The notes below the pieces were generated by a model. That model made no database searches. It was not told the DNA's origin and saw nothing but the letters and a program-made list of their open reading frames with translations. Positions 1 through 10,880 of a stretch of DNA of 64,000 bases are shown piece by piece. This DNA is from TPA_inf: Saccharomyces (taxonomy: Eukaryota). Within the stretch, counting starts at the first letter, position 1. The number at the start of each line of letters is the position of its first letter. The DNA is taken from positions 224,001-288,000 of the forward strand of contig BK006934.2 in assembly GCA_000146045.2 (NCBI GenBank), read 5' to 3'. The position numbers were made by a program, and so were the translations under genes.

Positions 1-29
1 TATATGTTCTGGCTGATATCCGCGCATTT

Positions 30-1169
30 TCAGTCCTTTCTCCAGTCACCATTGATACTTCTCGACCTGTTCAATGCTAATCTCATAGTGGCCAATTCTC
101 CGATAGTTTTATTAACCTTGCAGCAGTTTGGGTCTAGATTTAAGTTATCAGCCAATTTGACGACATAGCCATTGATATACTCAATTTCAATGTCTCTTAA
201 GAACAAAGTGTCTTGTCTCATTGAACTACTGTTCCTAGAATTGATGTCACAGCCAATTCTAGTGACTTCGGAGACCATGTTATCGGTTGTCAGTACTGCA
301 TTGACATCCATTTCTGGGTATTCTTCATTACCGCTGTATTTTTCGTGGTATTGAAACAATGGCCTATAAGCAACTCTCAATATTTGTAAACACTCGTCAA
401 TAATAGATGTGAAAACTGGACCGCAACTGGCCTTCATCTCACCATTGACACAATCTAGAATAGCCGTAACTGGATTCATGCATGCATTAACCAAAAATTT
501 AAATAATTGACCAAAGAGCATTTCTTGATAAGTGGAATGTTCTATTCCAAATTCCTTGGCAAATTTTGGTTCTGTTAATAATTTTACTAATGAGTTATTG
601 GCTGCATCGTCCTCGACTACGGATTTTTTTTGAATCATTTCTTCCTCAGTCCAAGGCAATTTGGCAATTTTCATACCAGCCCACCCAGCATGATTGAAAA
701 CTCCTGCTTTATCCTGATAAACGCCATGAGAAATGACACCCTGAAATAAATGTGGTCTGTTTTTTGAATCTGTAAAGATTTCTTCTCTCAATAGTTCTAA
801 AACGCCCAGTCCATTCTGAATCAAAATTAAGTTTGTATTTTTATTAATATAAGGCAAATAAGGAGCTAGTGCTTCTTTGGTTTGGTAAGTCTTTGTAGTG
901 ACGACTAAGTTGTCAATAGGTTTTTTAGAGAAAGTTTCAGGGCATTCGCATTTCTCCACTGGATAAGAAAATATTGGCGAGCCTTCCAAATAAAGTTTGC
1001 GAATCGAAATGTTGTTCCCATTTGTCTTCTGAAATTGTGCAAGTCTTTCTTGTGATCTAAATAAGGGCACAACTAGGGCATTGGTAAATCTTAAAAGGTC
1101 AACTGCCAAAACGGTACCCATGGCACCCAACCCAAGAATATGAATAGTACTTCTGTGTGGTGCAGTCAT
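30..1169 (-). CDS. PAN5: 2-dehydropantoate 2-reductase (ketopantoate reductase family), 379 aa
   Basis: Full ORF with the N-terminal Rossmann motif GLGAMG. Length and position before SSZ1 match YHR063C. Confidence 0.8.
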   Translation of the reverse strand: MTAPHRSTIHILGLGAMGTVLAVDLLRFTNALVVPLFRSQERLAQFQKTNGNNISIRKLYLEGSPIFSYPVEKCECPETFSKKPIDNLVVTTKTYQTKEALAPYLPYINKNTNLILIQNGLGVLELLREEIFTDSKNRPHLFQGVISHGVYQDKAGVFNHAGWAGMKIAKLPWTEEEMIQKKSVVEDDAANNSLVKLLTEPKFAKEFGIEHSTYQEMLFGQLFKFLVNACMNPVTAILDCVNGEMKASCGPVFTSIIDECLQILRVAYRPLFQYHEKYSGNEEYPEMDVNAVLTTDNMVSEVTRIGCDINSRNSSSMRQDTLFLRDIEIEYINGYVVKLADNLNLDPNCCKVNKTIGELATMRLALNRSRSINGDWRKD

Positions 1170-1524
1170 ATTGTACAGACTTTATCGTATACGTATATTA
1201 TCGATTTCTCCTATCGATCGTAACATACAAAGGTGAGTATAAAGTATCTTGTTTTTTTAATATATTTGTATTAAGCTGAATGGCACGATAAGCCTTTCTC
1301 GAGAAACCGTTAGCGGCCGCCAATCTATAAAAAAAAGAAATCGGAAACATGAAATATGAATTTGAATAGAACGTGACTCAACAGAAAGTCACAAACCTAA
1401 CCATAATAACCTTGCTATAGCATTTTTTGACTTAATTTTATATGTTCTTTTTTCAAGGGCTGTATAGTTCCATCATGTATGTATTTTTCTATATACGTAT
1501 ACATACCGTTTTTCTTAGAGCGCT

Positions 1525-3141
1525 CTATAATTCACCCTTTACAGCATTACCAGTTTTCAAATCTCTAGCGGTGACTCTTAAAGCACCGTCTTTGTTAATG
1601 TTAAAGATAATTTCAACACCGTTAGCGTTTTTAATTCCCAATTCCATCAACTTGGTACCCAAAGTGTATAGTTTTTCTCTGACGACTTCAGGTTCATCGT
1701 CGGACCATTCACTTTCATCGTCCTCTTCAGCATTTTCTTCTTTTGGAATTGGCTCCAAAGTCTTTTCCTCGATGTGATGGTCACCTTCGTAAACACCAAT
1801 CAAGAAATCACCCTTGGCTTGTTTCAAAGTCAATTTCTTTTGTACAGGGAACGAAGTTTCAGCCAACAATACTGGGTGGAATTCGCCCTTAGCACCAATC
1901 AAACCAATAGGCTTCTTTAAATGTGGAGTATTGACGATAACTGGTTGTAAAGCTTCAGCCAATTCGTCAGCATCGTAATCGCTAATCAATCTTGCTTGTA
2001 ATGCGGCACCGGATGCAGCTAATTCGTTTGGATTGTTAGAAGCGTTCTTGTTCTGTGGACCAAGAATTTCGACTGATTCTGGTAAAGTGTATTCCAAGTT
2101 AGTGGTTAATTTTGGAGTAAATGATACACCACCAGTCAAAAGAACAGCATCGATGTCCAATGGGTCTAATTCAGCCTTGGCAATGACAGAATCAACGAAA
2201 GAGGAAAATTGGGCGAAGACCTTGTTAGCTACCAATTCGTACCTCATTCTGTTGATAGAAGCGTGATAGTCGAAACCATCAGCTAAGGAATCGATGGAAA
2301 TAGTGGCAGAAGTTGCGTTGGACAAAGTCTTCTTGGTAATTGAAGAGTTAGCCTTTAACTTGGCCAAGGATCTAGCGTTCTTTCTTGGATTGGCTTGATA
2401 CTTCTTTTGGAACTCACTAGCAAAATATTCGACTAATTCAGTATCCAAATTGTCACCACCTAAGCTGAGGTCATGAGCAGTGGCCAAAATAGTGAAAATA
2501 CCGTTACGAACGGCAATGACAGCAGCGTCAGATCTAATACCACCGAAGTCAGCAACAACAACGTTAACATCTTTTTCAAATGGGAATTGTTCAGCGTGGG
2601 CTAATAAAGCAGCAGAAGGTTCATTGATGAATTGAACAATTTGCAGACCAATTTTGGCGGCAGAAGCCTTTAGTGCAGTCTTTTGTTCTTCACTGAAGTT
2701 TGTTGGAACTGTCAATACAGCTTCCTTTACGGCAGAACCGATGTAATCTTCCGCGGCTAACTTTAATCTGTTTAAATGTCTGGAGACCACTTCATCTACA
2801 GTAAGTTTTTCTTCCTTACCTTCGCCTCTTGAAATAACAAATCCAACTTTGCCATCAACTTCGACAGCTGGGGCACCGTTAGCGCACTTGCTGACATCAC
2901 ACTTGTCAAATGGCAAACCAATGAAGTCACGGAAGTTAATGATAGTATTCTTAGGATTTCTGATTAATTGTTGCAAAGCTTGACCACCGTGGTATTCATC
3001 TTCACCGACATAGGATAAAGCGGATGGAATGGCACGCTCACCATCTGGGTTGGCAATGACATCAACATCGTTCTTTGGGTTGATGTAGGCAATAGAAGAA
3101 GAGGTGTTACCAAAGGTGATACCAATCACTGGAGAGGACAT
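1525..3141 (-). CDS. SSZ1: Ribosome-associated atypical Hsp70 (RAC subunit), 538 aa
   Basis: Hsp70 ATPase-domain motifs (IGITFGNT..., DLGG-like). The ORF track extends 34 codons further upstream. I trimmed to the recognised N-terminus MSSPVIGITFG, whose ATG lies at 3141-3139 on the minus strand. Confidence 0.88.
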   Translation of the reverse strand: MSSPVIGITFGNTSSSIAYINPKNDVDVIANPDGERAIPSALSYVGEDEYHGGQALQQLIRNPKNTIINFRDFIGLPFDKCDVSKCANGAPAVEVDGKVGFVISRGEGKEEKLTVDEVVSRHLNRLKLAAEDYIGSAVKEAVLTVPTNFSEEQKTALKASAAKIGLQIVQFINEPSAALLAHAEQFPFEKDVNVVVADFGGIRSDAAVIAVRNGIFTILATAHDLSLGGDNLDTELVEYFASEFQKKYQANPRKNARSLAKLKANSSITKKTLSNATSATISIDSLADGFDYHASINRMRYELVANKVFAQFSSFVDSVIAKAELDPLDIDAVLLTGGVSFTPKLTTNLEYTLPESVEILGPQNKNASNNPNELAASGAALQARLISDYDADELAEALQPVIVNTPHLKKPIGLIGAKGEFHPVLLAETSFPVQKKLTLKQAKGDFLIGVYEGDHHIEEKTLEPIPKEENAEEDDESEWSDDEPEVVREKLYTLGTKLMELGIKNANGVEIIFNINKDGALRVTARDLKTGNAVKGEL

Positions 3142-3531
3142 CTTATTTGTAATTTTAACTGTGATTGTGGTAGTAGAGATCTCAATATATTTATGTAATC
3201 TTAAAACCTCTTGTATAGGCGAGCTGACTACCATGTACTTCATATATTATCCGACCTCATCATCTCTTGGAAAAAATTTCACCATCACATTCGACGAAGA
3301 AAAAGAGCTAAAATATGAATACTTCGTAAATAGTTACTTATTTTGCACATCTTTTACCGCTCCCATTACGCGGAATGAGTTATGAATGGCTCGAGAAACA
3401 AATAGGAAACGAATAAGAAATGATAGGCAATTTTATGTGATATTGATAGATGTATATATGAACATATAGATAAATATTTCTAAGTTAAATTGAACTTTTG
3501 GGCGTTAAAAGGTAAACCATGCTTACAAAGC

Positions 3532-5037
3532 CTACCTTTCTCCCATGTCCATATTCTCTCTTGTCATCATTCTTCCTCTTCTTCCCTTACCTCTGGCAAT
3601 CTTCTCCTTGTTTCTTCTGTTCATTTCCATTACAACTTCCCCATTAGCCTTATCGACGGAATCTCTTAGGGTCAATATAATGTTCTTGTCCACACTTTCC
3701 TTCGGTAGTTTTTTACCTAAAACTTCTTCAATTCTTAAGATCAATTCCAGATCGTATTGTGATACTAGTGAGATAGATTTTCCTGATCTACCAGCTCTTG
3801 CGGTTCTTCCCACACGATGAATGTAGGACTTGGAATCCACAGGAATATCGTAGTTTACAACTATGTCCACTGATGGAATATCCAACCCTCTCGCAGCGAC
3901 ATCTGTAGCCACGAGAATAGACCTCTTACCTGCCTTGAAAAGATCCAAAGATCCCATTCTCTGGTTTTGATTCAAATCACCATGTAGCGCAGTGGCACTA
4001 AACTCGAGCAAATTACATAATCCTGACAACCTTTCCGCGTTGGCCTTGGTTCTTGTAAAAATGATCATCGTCTTTCCAATAAATTCATTTAATAAATAAA
4101 TTAGGTATGTGTTCTTAAGACCACCTGGAACGACCATCAGTGTTTGCACTAATGTATCTACGGTTTGGTATTTGTTTGACACGGCACATTTCACAGGATT
4201 TGTCAAACTTGCTCTTTGTAATTTATCAATTTTGGAAGTCATAGTAGCGGAAAAAAGATAAGTGGTTCTTTCTTGGGTTGGGATGATCTTTAAAATTCTA
4301 TCAAGAACAGGTCCAAATTCCATGTCTAATAATCTATCAGCTTCATCCATAACCAAGAATTTCAGTTTCCTCAGTGAAAACCCTTTGGTATTCTCTAAAT
4401 GGTCCATTAATCTACCAGGTGTAGCAATGATAATATGTGGCTTTCTCATCAGGTCTCTGGCCTGGTCCATCATATTCATACCACCCACAATACATGTCGA
4501 TCTCACGCCCATTAAGGATCCTAATGAGTCAAATGTTTCTTTGATCTGTTGTGCTAATTCTCTTGTTGGAGCTAGAATGCACGCATAGTATGGTTCCTGA
4601 TCATGCCATAACCGATTCAAAATGGGAATAGCAAATGCAGCAGTTTTACCAGAACCTGTTTGCGCAAGTCCAATTATATCGTGACCTTCTAACGCGGGAG
4701 GAATTGCCTTAGATTGAATGGGAGTGGGTTTGGAATAATTTAAGTTCTTACAAGCTTGAATTAATTCGGGGACCAGATTCAGTTCGCTAAAGGATTCAAA
4801 AGATTCATCTTCATTAGTATTTTCATTTTGGGTTGATACTGTGGATTTGCTTTTTGATTTCAAAACCTTTTTCTTTTCAGCAGTAGCATCTTCTTCAGAA
4901 TCGGACTCTGAACCACCTTCCTTTTCTGCTTCTATAAGCTTCTTTTGATTTTCCAAAGCTTTTGCTCTAATCTTTTCTGCTAAAGAAGTTAATTCATCGT
5001 TAGCCTTCTTTTCCTTTCTCTTAACAATTTTGGACAT
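3532..5037 (-). CDS. RRP3: DEAD-box ATP-dependent RNA helicase for pre-rRNA processing, 501 aa
   Basis: Q motif, GSGKT (motif I), DEAD, SAT and HRVGRTAR motifs are present. The ORF track has 42 extra upstream codons. I trimmed to [14 protein letters not shown] at 5037-5035 (reads cat on the plus strand). Confidence 0.88.
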   Translation of the reverse strand: MSKIVKRKEKKANDELTSLAEKIRAKALENQKKLIEAEKEGGSESDSEEDATAEKKKVLKSKSKSTVSTQNENTNEDESFESFSELNLVPELIQACKNLNYSKPTPIQSKAIPPALEGHDIIGLAQTGSGKTAAFAIPILNRLWHDQEPYYACILAPTRELAQQIKETFDSLGSLMGVRSTCIVGGMNMMDQARDLMRKPHIIIATPGRLMDHLENTKGFSLRKLKFLVMDEADRLLDMEFGPVLDRILKIIPTQERTTYLFSATMTSKIDKLQRASLTNPVKCAVSNKYQTVDTLVQTLMVVPGGLKNTYLIYLLNEFIGKTMIIFTRTKANAERLSGLCNLLEFSATALHGDLNQNQRMGSLDLFKAGKRSILVATDVAARGLDIPSVDIVVNYDIPVDSKSYIHRVGRTARAGRSGKSISLVSQYDLELILRIEEVLGKKLPKESVDKNIILTLRDSVDKANGEVVMEMNRRNKEKIARGKGRRGRMMTRENMDMGER

Positions 5038-5185
5038 TTTTATAGCTGATTCAGTGAAGTACTTAACAGAATCTTGGTATATATTGCTTCTAAGATATGT
5101 CACAATTCTGTGTATACCATGTACAATTGCTAAATGCTCATTGATTAATTTTAAATTTTTCATTTTTATCGCCTTAGACGAAATT

Positions 5186-5245
5186 GAAATTTTTCACTGA
5201 AAAAAAAAAAAAAAAAAAAGTAGACGAAGAAGCTCATCTCATCGC
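5186..5245. promoter_or_regulatory. Divergent ribosome-biogenesis promoter with an RRPE-like element, an A20 tract and a PAC element
   Basis: gaaatttttc at 5186-5195 is the reverse complement of AAAAATTT. A20 runs 5200-5219. ctcatcgc at 5238-5245 is the reverse complement of GCGATGAG. All lie between the divergently transcribed RRP3 and SSF1. Confidence 0.5.
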
Positions 5246-5334
5246 GATATTAGTTCGATATCTGGGTTTGAGTGAGTAGTATGTTTAATAATAAAAGAGT
5301 ATAATCCAGATATAGCAGACAATAAAATTTCAAG

Positions 5335-6696
5335 ATGGCCAAGAGAAGACAAAAGAAAAGAACACATGCACAGCTTACACCTGAGCAGGAACAAGGTATA
5401 CCTAAGTCAATGGTAATCAGAGTGGGTCAAACTTCTTTGGCCAACCATTCTCTGAACCAATTAGTAAAGGACTTCCGCCAAATCATGCAACCACATACGG
5501 CTATAAAATTGAAAGAGCGCAAGTCCAATAAACTGAAGGATTTCGTTGTTATGTGTGGCCCATTAGGTGTTACGCATCTTTTTATGTTCACTCAATCTGA
5601 AAAAACAGGAAATGTCTCCCTAAAGATAGCTAGAACTCCGCAAGGTCCTACTGTTACTTTTCAAGTATTGGACTATTCTCTGGGTAGAGATATCAAAAAA
5701 TTTTTGAAGAGACCTAAATCGTTGAATAATGATGATGTATTAAATCCTCCATTGCTAGTGCTAAACGGGTTTTCCACATCCAAAAGATCTGGTGAAGACG
5801 ACCAGGATGTAAACGTGGAGAAGGTCATTGTTTCTATGTTTCAGAATATTTTCCCACCTCTGAATCCTGCGAGAACTTCTTTGAATTCTATCAAACGTGT
5901 ATTTATGATCAATAAAGACAGGGAAACAGGGGAAATTTCTATGCGCCACTATTTTATTGACATTCGAGAAGTAGAGATCTCTAGAAACCTAAAAAGGCTT
6001 TATAAAGCCAAAAATAATCTAAGTAAAACAGTGCCGAATTTGCATCGAAAAGAAGATATTTCTTCTTTGATATTAGATCACGACTTAGGCGCCTATACAT
6101 CAGAATCTGAAATTGAAGATGACGCTATCGTGAGAGTAGTTGATAATCAGGACGTGAAGGCAAAGCATTCTCAAAGTTTGAAGTCCCAAAGAACACCGGT
6201 CGAAAAGAAGGATAATAAAGAGCGTGAAAAAGAAACAGAAGAAGAAGATGTGGAAATGGAGGAACCTAAGCCTTCAGAAAACTTGCAACCAACCCCACGT
6301 AAGAAAGCTATCAAACTAACTGAATTAGGACCAAGATTAACTTTAAAACTGGTCAAGATAGAAGAAGGTATTTGTTCAGGTAAAGTGTTACATCATGAAT
6401 TTGTTCAAAAATCAAGCGAAGAAATCAAAGCTTTAGAAAAGAGACACGCTGCAAAAATGAGGCTGAAGGAACAAAGAAAGAAGGAACAAGAAGAAAACAT
6501 TGCTAAAAAGAAGGCTGTTAAAGACGCTAAAAAGCAACGTAAATTGGAAAGAAGAAAAGCTAGAGCAGCAGAAGGAGGTGAAGGTCAAGGAAAAGATGAT
6601 GCGATGAGCGATGATGAGTCTTCATCAAGTGACAGCGAACATTATGGTAGCGTACCAGAGGATCTAGATAGTGACTTATTTAGTGAGGTCGAATAA
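5335..6696 (+). CDS. SSF1: Brix-domain 60S ribosome biogenesis factor, 453 aa
   Basis: Full ORF with a Brix-domain core and a lysine/glutamate-rich acidic C-terminus. Position after RRP3 matches YHR066W. Confidence 0.88.
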   Translation: MAKRRQKKRTHAQLTPEQEQGIPKSMVIRVGQTSLANHSLNQLVKDFRQIMQPHTAIKLKERKSNKLKDFVVMCGPLGVTHLFMFTQSEKTGNVSLKIARTPQGPTVTFQVLDYSLGRDIKKFLKRPKSLNNDDVLNPPLLVLNGFSTSKRSGEDDQDVNVEKVIVSMFQNIFPPLNPARTSLNSIKRVFMINKDRETGEISMRHYFIDIREVEISRNLKRLYKAKNNLSKTVPNLHRKEDISSLILDHDLGAYTSESEIEDDAIVRVVDNQDVKAKHSQSLKSQRTPVEKKDNKEREKETEEEDVEMEEPKPSENLQPTPRKKAIKLTELGPRLTLKLVKIEEGICSGKVLHHEFVQKSSEEIKALEKRHAAKMRLKEQRKKEQEENIAKKKAVKDAKKQRKLERRKARAAEGGEGQGKDDAMSDDESSSSDSEHYGSVPEDLDSDLFSEVE

Positions 6697-6969
6697 ATTG
6701 TTCTCCGGTACCAAGAAAATTTTAGTTAAGCCTGGCTATCCACCAACGCACGTATACTTCTTCACTTTAGATAAATTGCATACTTGATACATATAAACTC
6801 TTTGTCTTTTAAATCATAGCCCAAAGGAAACGTAGATCTCAGAAGGCATGTGAAAAAAAATTCGATCTTACCTTTTTTACGCCATTTTAAGCTACTGTTT
6901 CGATACATGAGCGTGGCTGGTACATTGAAGGTGGGCAATCGTCCACTTATCTAAAGACAGCTTATCAGC

Positions 6970-7812
6970 ATGAAATCCAAAACGTGGATTTTCAGGGATG
7001 TCTTATCTAGTCACCGAACCAAAGCGTTTGATAGTTTACTTTGTAGGAGACTCCCTGTATCAAAGGCAACGAAGCATCTTCAACTGGGAGAACATTTCCT
7101 GTTCTTCCCACCATCATTCGAAAAATTGGATAGAGATGGTTATTTTAACTATCAAAATCCTGCAAGTTTGCTAGGAAACCCTGATTTACGCTACCGTAGA
7201 AGGATTTGGGGACAAGGAGAGCTTGTTCAGTATTTACCAGTCACCTTAGACCAGGAGTATACATGCCACGAATCAATCAAATACGTAAAAAAAATACGAG
7301 ATGAACATGTTGTCTGTATTGAAAGAACCCTTTTACAAGAAAGGCCCGAAAATGTGTCGAGTCCAATGGACATTTGCTTATTCGAGAGAAGGGTATTAAT
7401 GTACACCAATTCACCCGCAAACAAGACTGCAGTCAAGATGCCCGTAGGAGAGGAGAACTATAAGATCTTAAAAAATTTTACTGTTACTGATATGGATATT
7501 GTAGCTTATGGTCAGATGTCTTTGAATCCGCACCGAATTCATTGGGACAAAGAGTACAGTCGCTATGTTGAAGGCTACGACGATATTATCATGCAAGGAC
7601 CCTTCTCGGTCCAATTACTACAGAAATGCATCCAACCTTTTCTCGAACAACCAATCAGACAGTTGCGATACCGCAATTTGAATTATATATATCCAAACAC
7701 TACTTTGAGCATATGTCAGTCTTTAAGCTCTTCGAGCGGAATGTACACATTTCAAATTAGGGACCTCCAGAAAGCCAACTTAGTCTACATGAAAGCTGAT
7801 GTTTTCTGTTGA
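6970..7812 (+). CDS. HTD2: Mitochondrial 3-hydroxyacyl-thioester dehydratase (hotdog fold), 280 aa
   Basis: 280-aa ORF. Position between SSF1 and DYS1 matches YHR067W. Confidence 0.7.
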   Translation: MKSKTWIFRDVLSSHRTKAFDSLLCRRLPVSKATKHLQLGEHFLFFPPSFEKLDRDGYFNYQNPASLLGNPDLRYRRRIWGQGELVQYLPVTLDQEYTCHESIKYVKKIRDEHVVCIERTLLQERPENVSSPMDICLFERRVLMYTNSPANKTAVKMPVGEENYKILKNFTVTDMDIVAYGQMSLNPHRIHWDKEYSRYVEGYDDIIMQGPFSVQLLQKCIQPFLEQPIRQLRYRNLNYIYPNTTLSICQSLSSSSGMYTFQIRDLQKANLVYMKADVFC

Positions 7813-8132
7813 CTACCAGTAATTGTCTCTCTGCAGATAATCACTACCTGTGTGTTTCTTGTCTCTTGAAATAATACTAGTAGCTGCTGAACAGTGGAAG
7901 GTCACGAACGAGATTACCATAATATCTCGCCATCACCAGGTTGACGGTAAACGCATTACGGGAAGAACTGAAAAAAAGGTGGGAAAAAAAAATAAAAAGT
8001 AAAGTGAAAAATTAAATGTAATGTATATTTCCATTTTGACGCAAAGTACTTCCCTCTATCAGTTTTGTATCTAACTGCAGAGTAAAGTCGTGTTTTGCTT
8101 AGTTAACTTATATACAAGTCAAAGCAAAAAAG

Positions 8133-9296
8133 ATGTCCGATATCAACGAAAAACTCCCAGAGTTACTACAAGACGCTGTCTTGAAAGCATCTGTTCCTAT
8201 TCCAGATGACTTCGTTAAGGTTCAAGGTATTGATTACTCAAAGCCTGAAGCCACTAATATGAGAGCAACTGATTTAATTGAAGCTATGAAGACCATGGGT
8301 TTCCAAGCTAGTTCTGTTGGTACTGCCTGTGAGATTATTGATAGTATGAGATCATGGAGAGGTAAGCATATTGACGAATTGGATGACCATGAAAAGAAAG
8401 GTTGCTTCGATGAGGAAGGGTACCAAAAGACTACTATCTTCATGGGTTATACTTCTAACTTGATCAGTTCCGGTGTACGTGAAACTTTACGTTATTTGGT
8501 GCAACACAAAATGGTTGATGCTGTCGTTACTTCTGCTGGTGGTGTGGAAGAAGATTTGATCAAATGTCTTGCTCCAACTTACTTGGGTGAATTTGCTTTG
8601 AAAGGTAAATCTTTGCGTGACCAAGGTATGAATCGTATTGGTAACTTGCTTGTTCCAAATGATAACTACTGTAAGTTTGAAGAATGGATTGTCCCAATTT
8701 TGGATAAGATGTTGGAAGAACAAGATGAATACGTAAAGAAACATGGCGCTGACTGTTTAGAGGCTAACCAAGACGTGGATTCACCAATCTGGACCCCATC
8801 TAAGATGATAGATCGTTTTGGTAAGGAAATCAACGACGAATCCTCCGTATTGTACTGGGCCCACAAGAATAAAATTCCAATCTTTTGTCCATCTTTGACT
8901 GATGGTTCAATCGGTGACATGTTGTTTTTCCATACTTTTAAAGCATCTCCAAAACAACTAAGAGTTGACATTGTAGGAGATATCCGCAAAATCAATTCAA
9001 TGTCCATGGCCGCTTACAGAGCCGGTATGATCATCTTGGGTGGTGGTTTGATCAAGCACCACATTGCCAATGCTTGTTTGATGAGAAATGGTGCTGATTA
9101 TGCCGTTTACATTAACACTGGTCAAGAATACGATGGTTCTGATGCAGGTGCAAGACCTGACGAAGCTGTGTCTTGGGGTAAGATCAAGGCTGAAGCCAAA
9201 TCCGTCAAACTTTTTGCTGATGTCACCACTGTTCTTCCATTGATTGTTGCTGCTACCTTTGCCAGTGGTAAACCAATCAAAAAAGTTAAGAATTGA
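8133..9296 (+). CDS. DYS1: Deoxyhypusine synthase, 387 aa
   Basis: Highly conserved DHS family sequence ([30 protein letters not shown]). Confidence 0.9.
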   Translation: MSDINEKLPELLQDAVLKASVPIPDDFVKVQGIDYSKPEATNMRATDLIEAMKTMGFQASSVGTACEIIDSMRSWRGKHIDELDDHEKKGCFDEEGYQKTTIFMGYTSNLISSGVRETLRYLVQHKMVDAVVTSAGGVEEDLIKCLAPTYLGEFALKGKSLRDQGMNRIGNLLVPNDNYCKFEEWIVPILDKMLEEQDEYVKKHGADCLEANQDVDSPIWTPSKMIDRFGKEINDESSVLYWAHKNKIPIFCPSLTDGSIGDMLFFHTFKASPKQLRVDIVGDIRKINSMSMAAYRAGMIILGGGLIKHHIANACLMRNGADYAVYINTGQEYDGSDAGARPDEAVSWGKIKAEAKSVKLFADVTTVLPLIVAATFASGKPIKKVKN

Positions 9297-9578
9297 TGAG
9301 AGAATTTTGAGATGAAAAAAAAAAAAATGAATCTGTACTATTTCTTTTTTTAGTGCAAAAGTTTTGTTTTAATATAGAGATAAATAAAAAAATGAACATA
9401 TTACTATAATATCAACAAAATATGATGTAATGTCTGCAATAAAGATGAGTCAATTGCATTTCTATACGTACTAATCGTGTGTACATAGCCATGACATTAT
9501 GTAAGTTTATACACATAAATTGCGTTGGAGTCTGCTGTGTAGTTTATAAATGTGTAAACAGCGGCTTTTGTATTCCTA

Positions 9579-10658
9579 TTAGTTGCCGTTACCTCTCATT
9601 TTTTCGGCGGTAAGAATGTCACTGCCTATGGATTCCATTACATTTTTCTCAATCAGTTCACCTACGTTTGAATAAACCATACTAGCTTCGTAAGCACTTA
9701 CTATACGTTGTTGAGTAATGCCTATTTCACAGAACGCTAACGCTTTGATCACGTTCGCATACCGGCAAATTGCTTGTCGTATGTTGTTCGATATGGAAGG
9801 ATCGTTTTCATCCGAATATATTTGCCATGAAGACTCTTCTTCCAGTCTTGTTATGGAGGGATTTAATGATACCGCACCAGTGGGTCCAGTTGATTTAATT
9901 GAGGAACTGTTATTTGCAGACGGCGTATCCCTCGCTAAGTCCATCTGAGATGTTTTCCTTAACCATATGTAACCATTGACTCCGAGAACTACGGTTATGT
10001 TGCCGGGCAAATTATGAGTATGGTTCTTGGCTCTCACTATTAATGAACTCGGGACTTGGCAAAACATCCCGTTTCTTAACTTCCCGTACTTTAGAGACCT
10101 TGTATGTAAAGAGGCACTACCATCTTGAAATAATGATTGAACTTCTGCATTCAGGAGGTCACCTTCCTTAAGGAAGCTTCTCATTTGTAGTTCATCACTT
10201 TCAGATTTTCTTCTTAGAATACCACCCGGTAAATTCACAGAGCCCAACATAAGTACTGCATGTTGCTTACCGCCAATGTCTACTTTCCATCTCTTGTTAC
10301 CCACTTCAGCAATTCTCCCTACGACGTGATCACCAGTTTCTGGGGCATAACGACCTTTCAATGGAATTACCGATAGCAGCCTATTGACACGGGATACAGT
10401 ACCAGCAACAGAGGAATACGTCATATTATCAAGAAAATACGTACCGTGACCTCTCATCCAGATAGGGTCATCAGTGACCAGCTCACCTGGCGTCACAATT
10501 TGAGAATCAGACTCACTTTTAGAAGCTGAGTTAACATCGTGCATGTAGATATCTTCTTCATCATTTTCATCATCTGATATCCCTGTGTTGTTATAGGACA
10601 GGTTAGATGAATTTTGGAAGGCACCGTTCCGCTTGGTAATTGTGATAACTTCGGACAT
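9579..10658 (-). CDS. RRP4: Exosome cap subunit with S1 and KH domains, 359 aa
   Basis: Full ORF. Length and position match YHR069C. Confidence 0.85.
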   Translation of the reverse strand: MSEVITITKRNGAFQNSSNLSYNNTGISDDENDEEDIYMHDVNSASKSESDSQIVTPGELVTDDPIWMRGHGTYFLDNMTYSSVAGTVSRVNRLLSVIPLKGRYAPETGDHVVGRIAEVGNKRWKVDIGGKQHAVLMLGSVNLPGGILRRKSESDELQMRSFLKEGDLLNAEVQSLFQDGSASLHTRSLKYGKLRNGMFCQVPSSLIVRAKNHTHNLPGNITVVLGVNGYIWLRKTSQMDLARDTPSANNSSSIKSTGPTGAVSLNPSITRLEEESSWQIYSDENDPSISNNIRQAICRYANVIKALAFCEIGITQQRIVSAYEASMVYSNVGELIEKNVMESIGSDILTAEKMRGNGN

Positions 10659-10771
10659 ATCTGTTTACGCTTGTGTGACTACGCAAAGATTTAGAATGCA
10701 AGCAGTACTTAAGGAAGGATATTTTTCTTCTACTTTTGTTTTAGTTTTCTTAATTTTTTTTTTTTTTTCAC

Positions 10772-10779
10772 CTCATCGC
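10772..10779. promoter_or_regulatory. PAC element in the RRP4/TRM5 divergent promoter
   Basis: ctcatcgc is the reverse complement of GCGATGAG. It sits beside a T18 tract at 10754-10769. Confidence 0.4.
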
Positions 10780-10880
10780 TCAATCCATACTGAGGAAGAA
10801 AAAGAAAAAAAAAGATTCACTGAGGATATTTGAACAAACCAGTTTAAACCATAAGTAAAGGTAAGGATATTTTTCATTGC

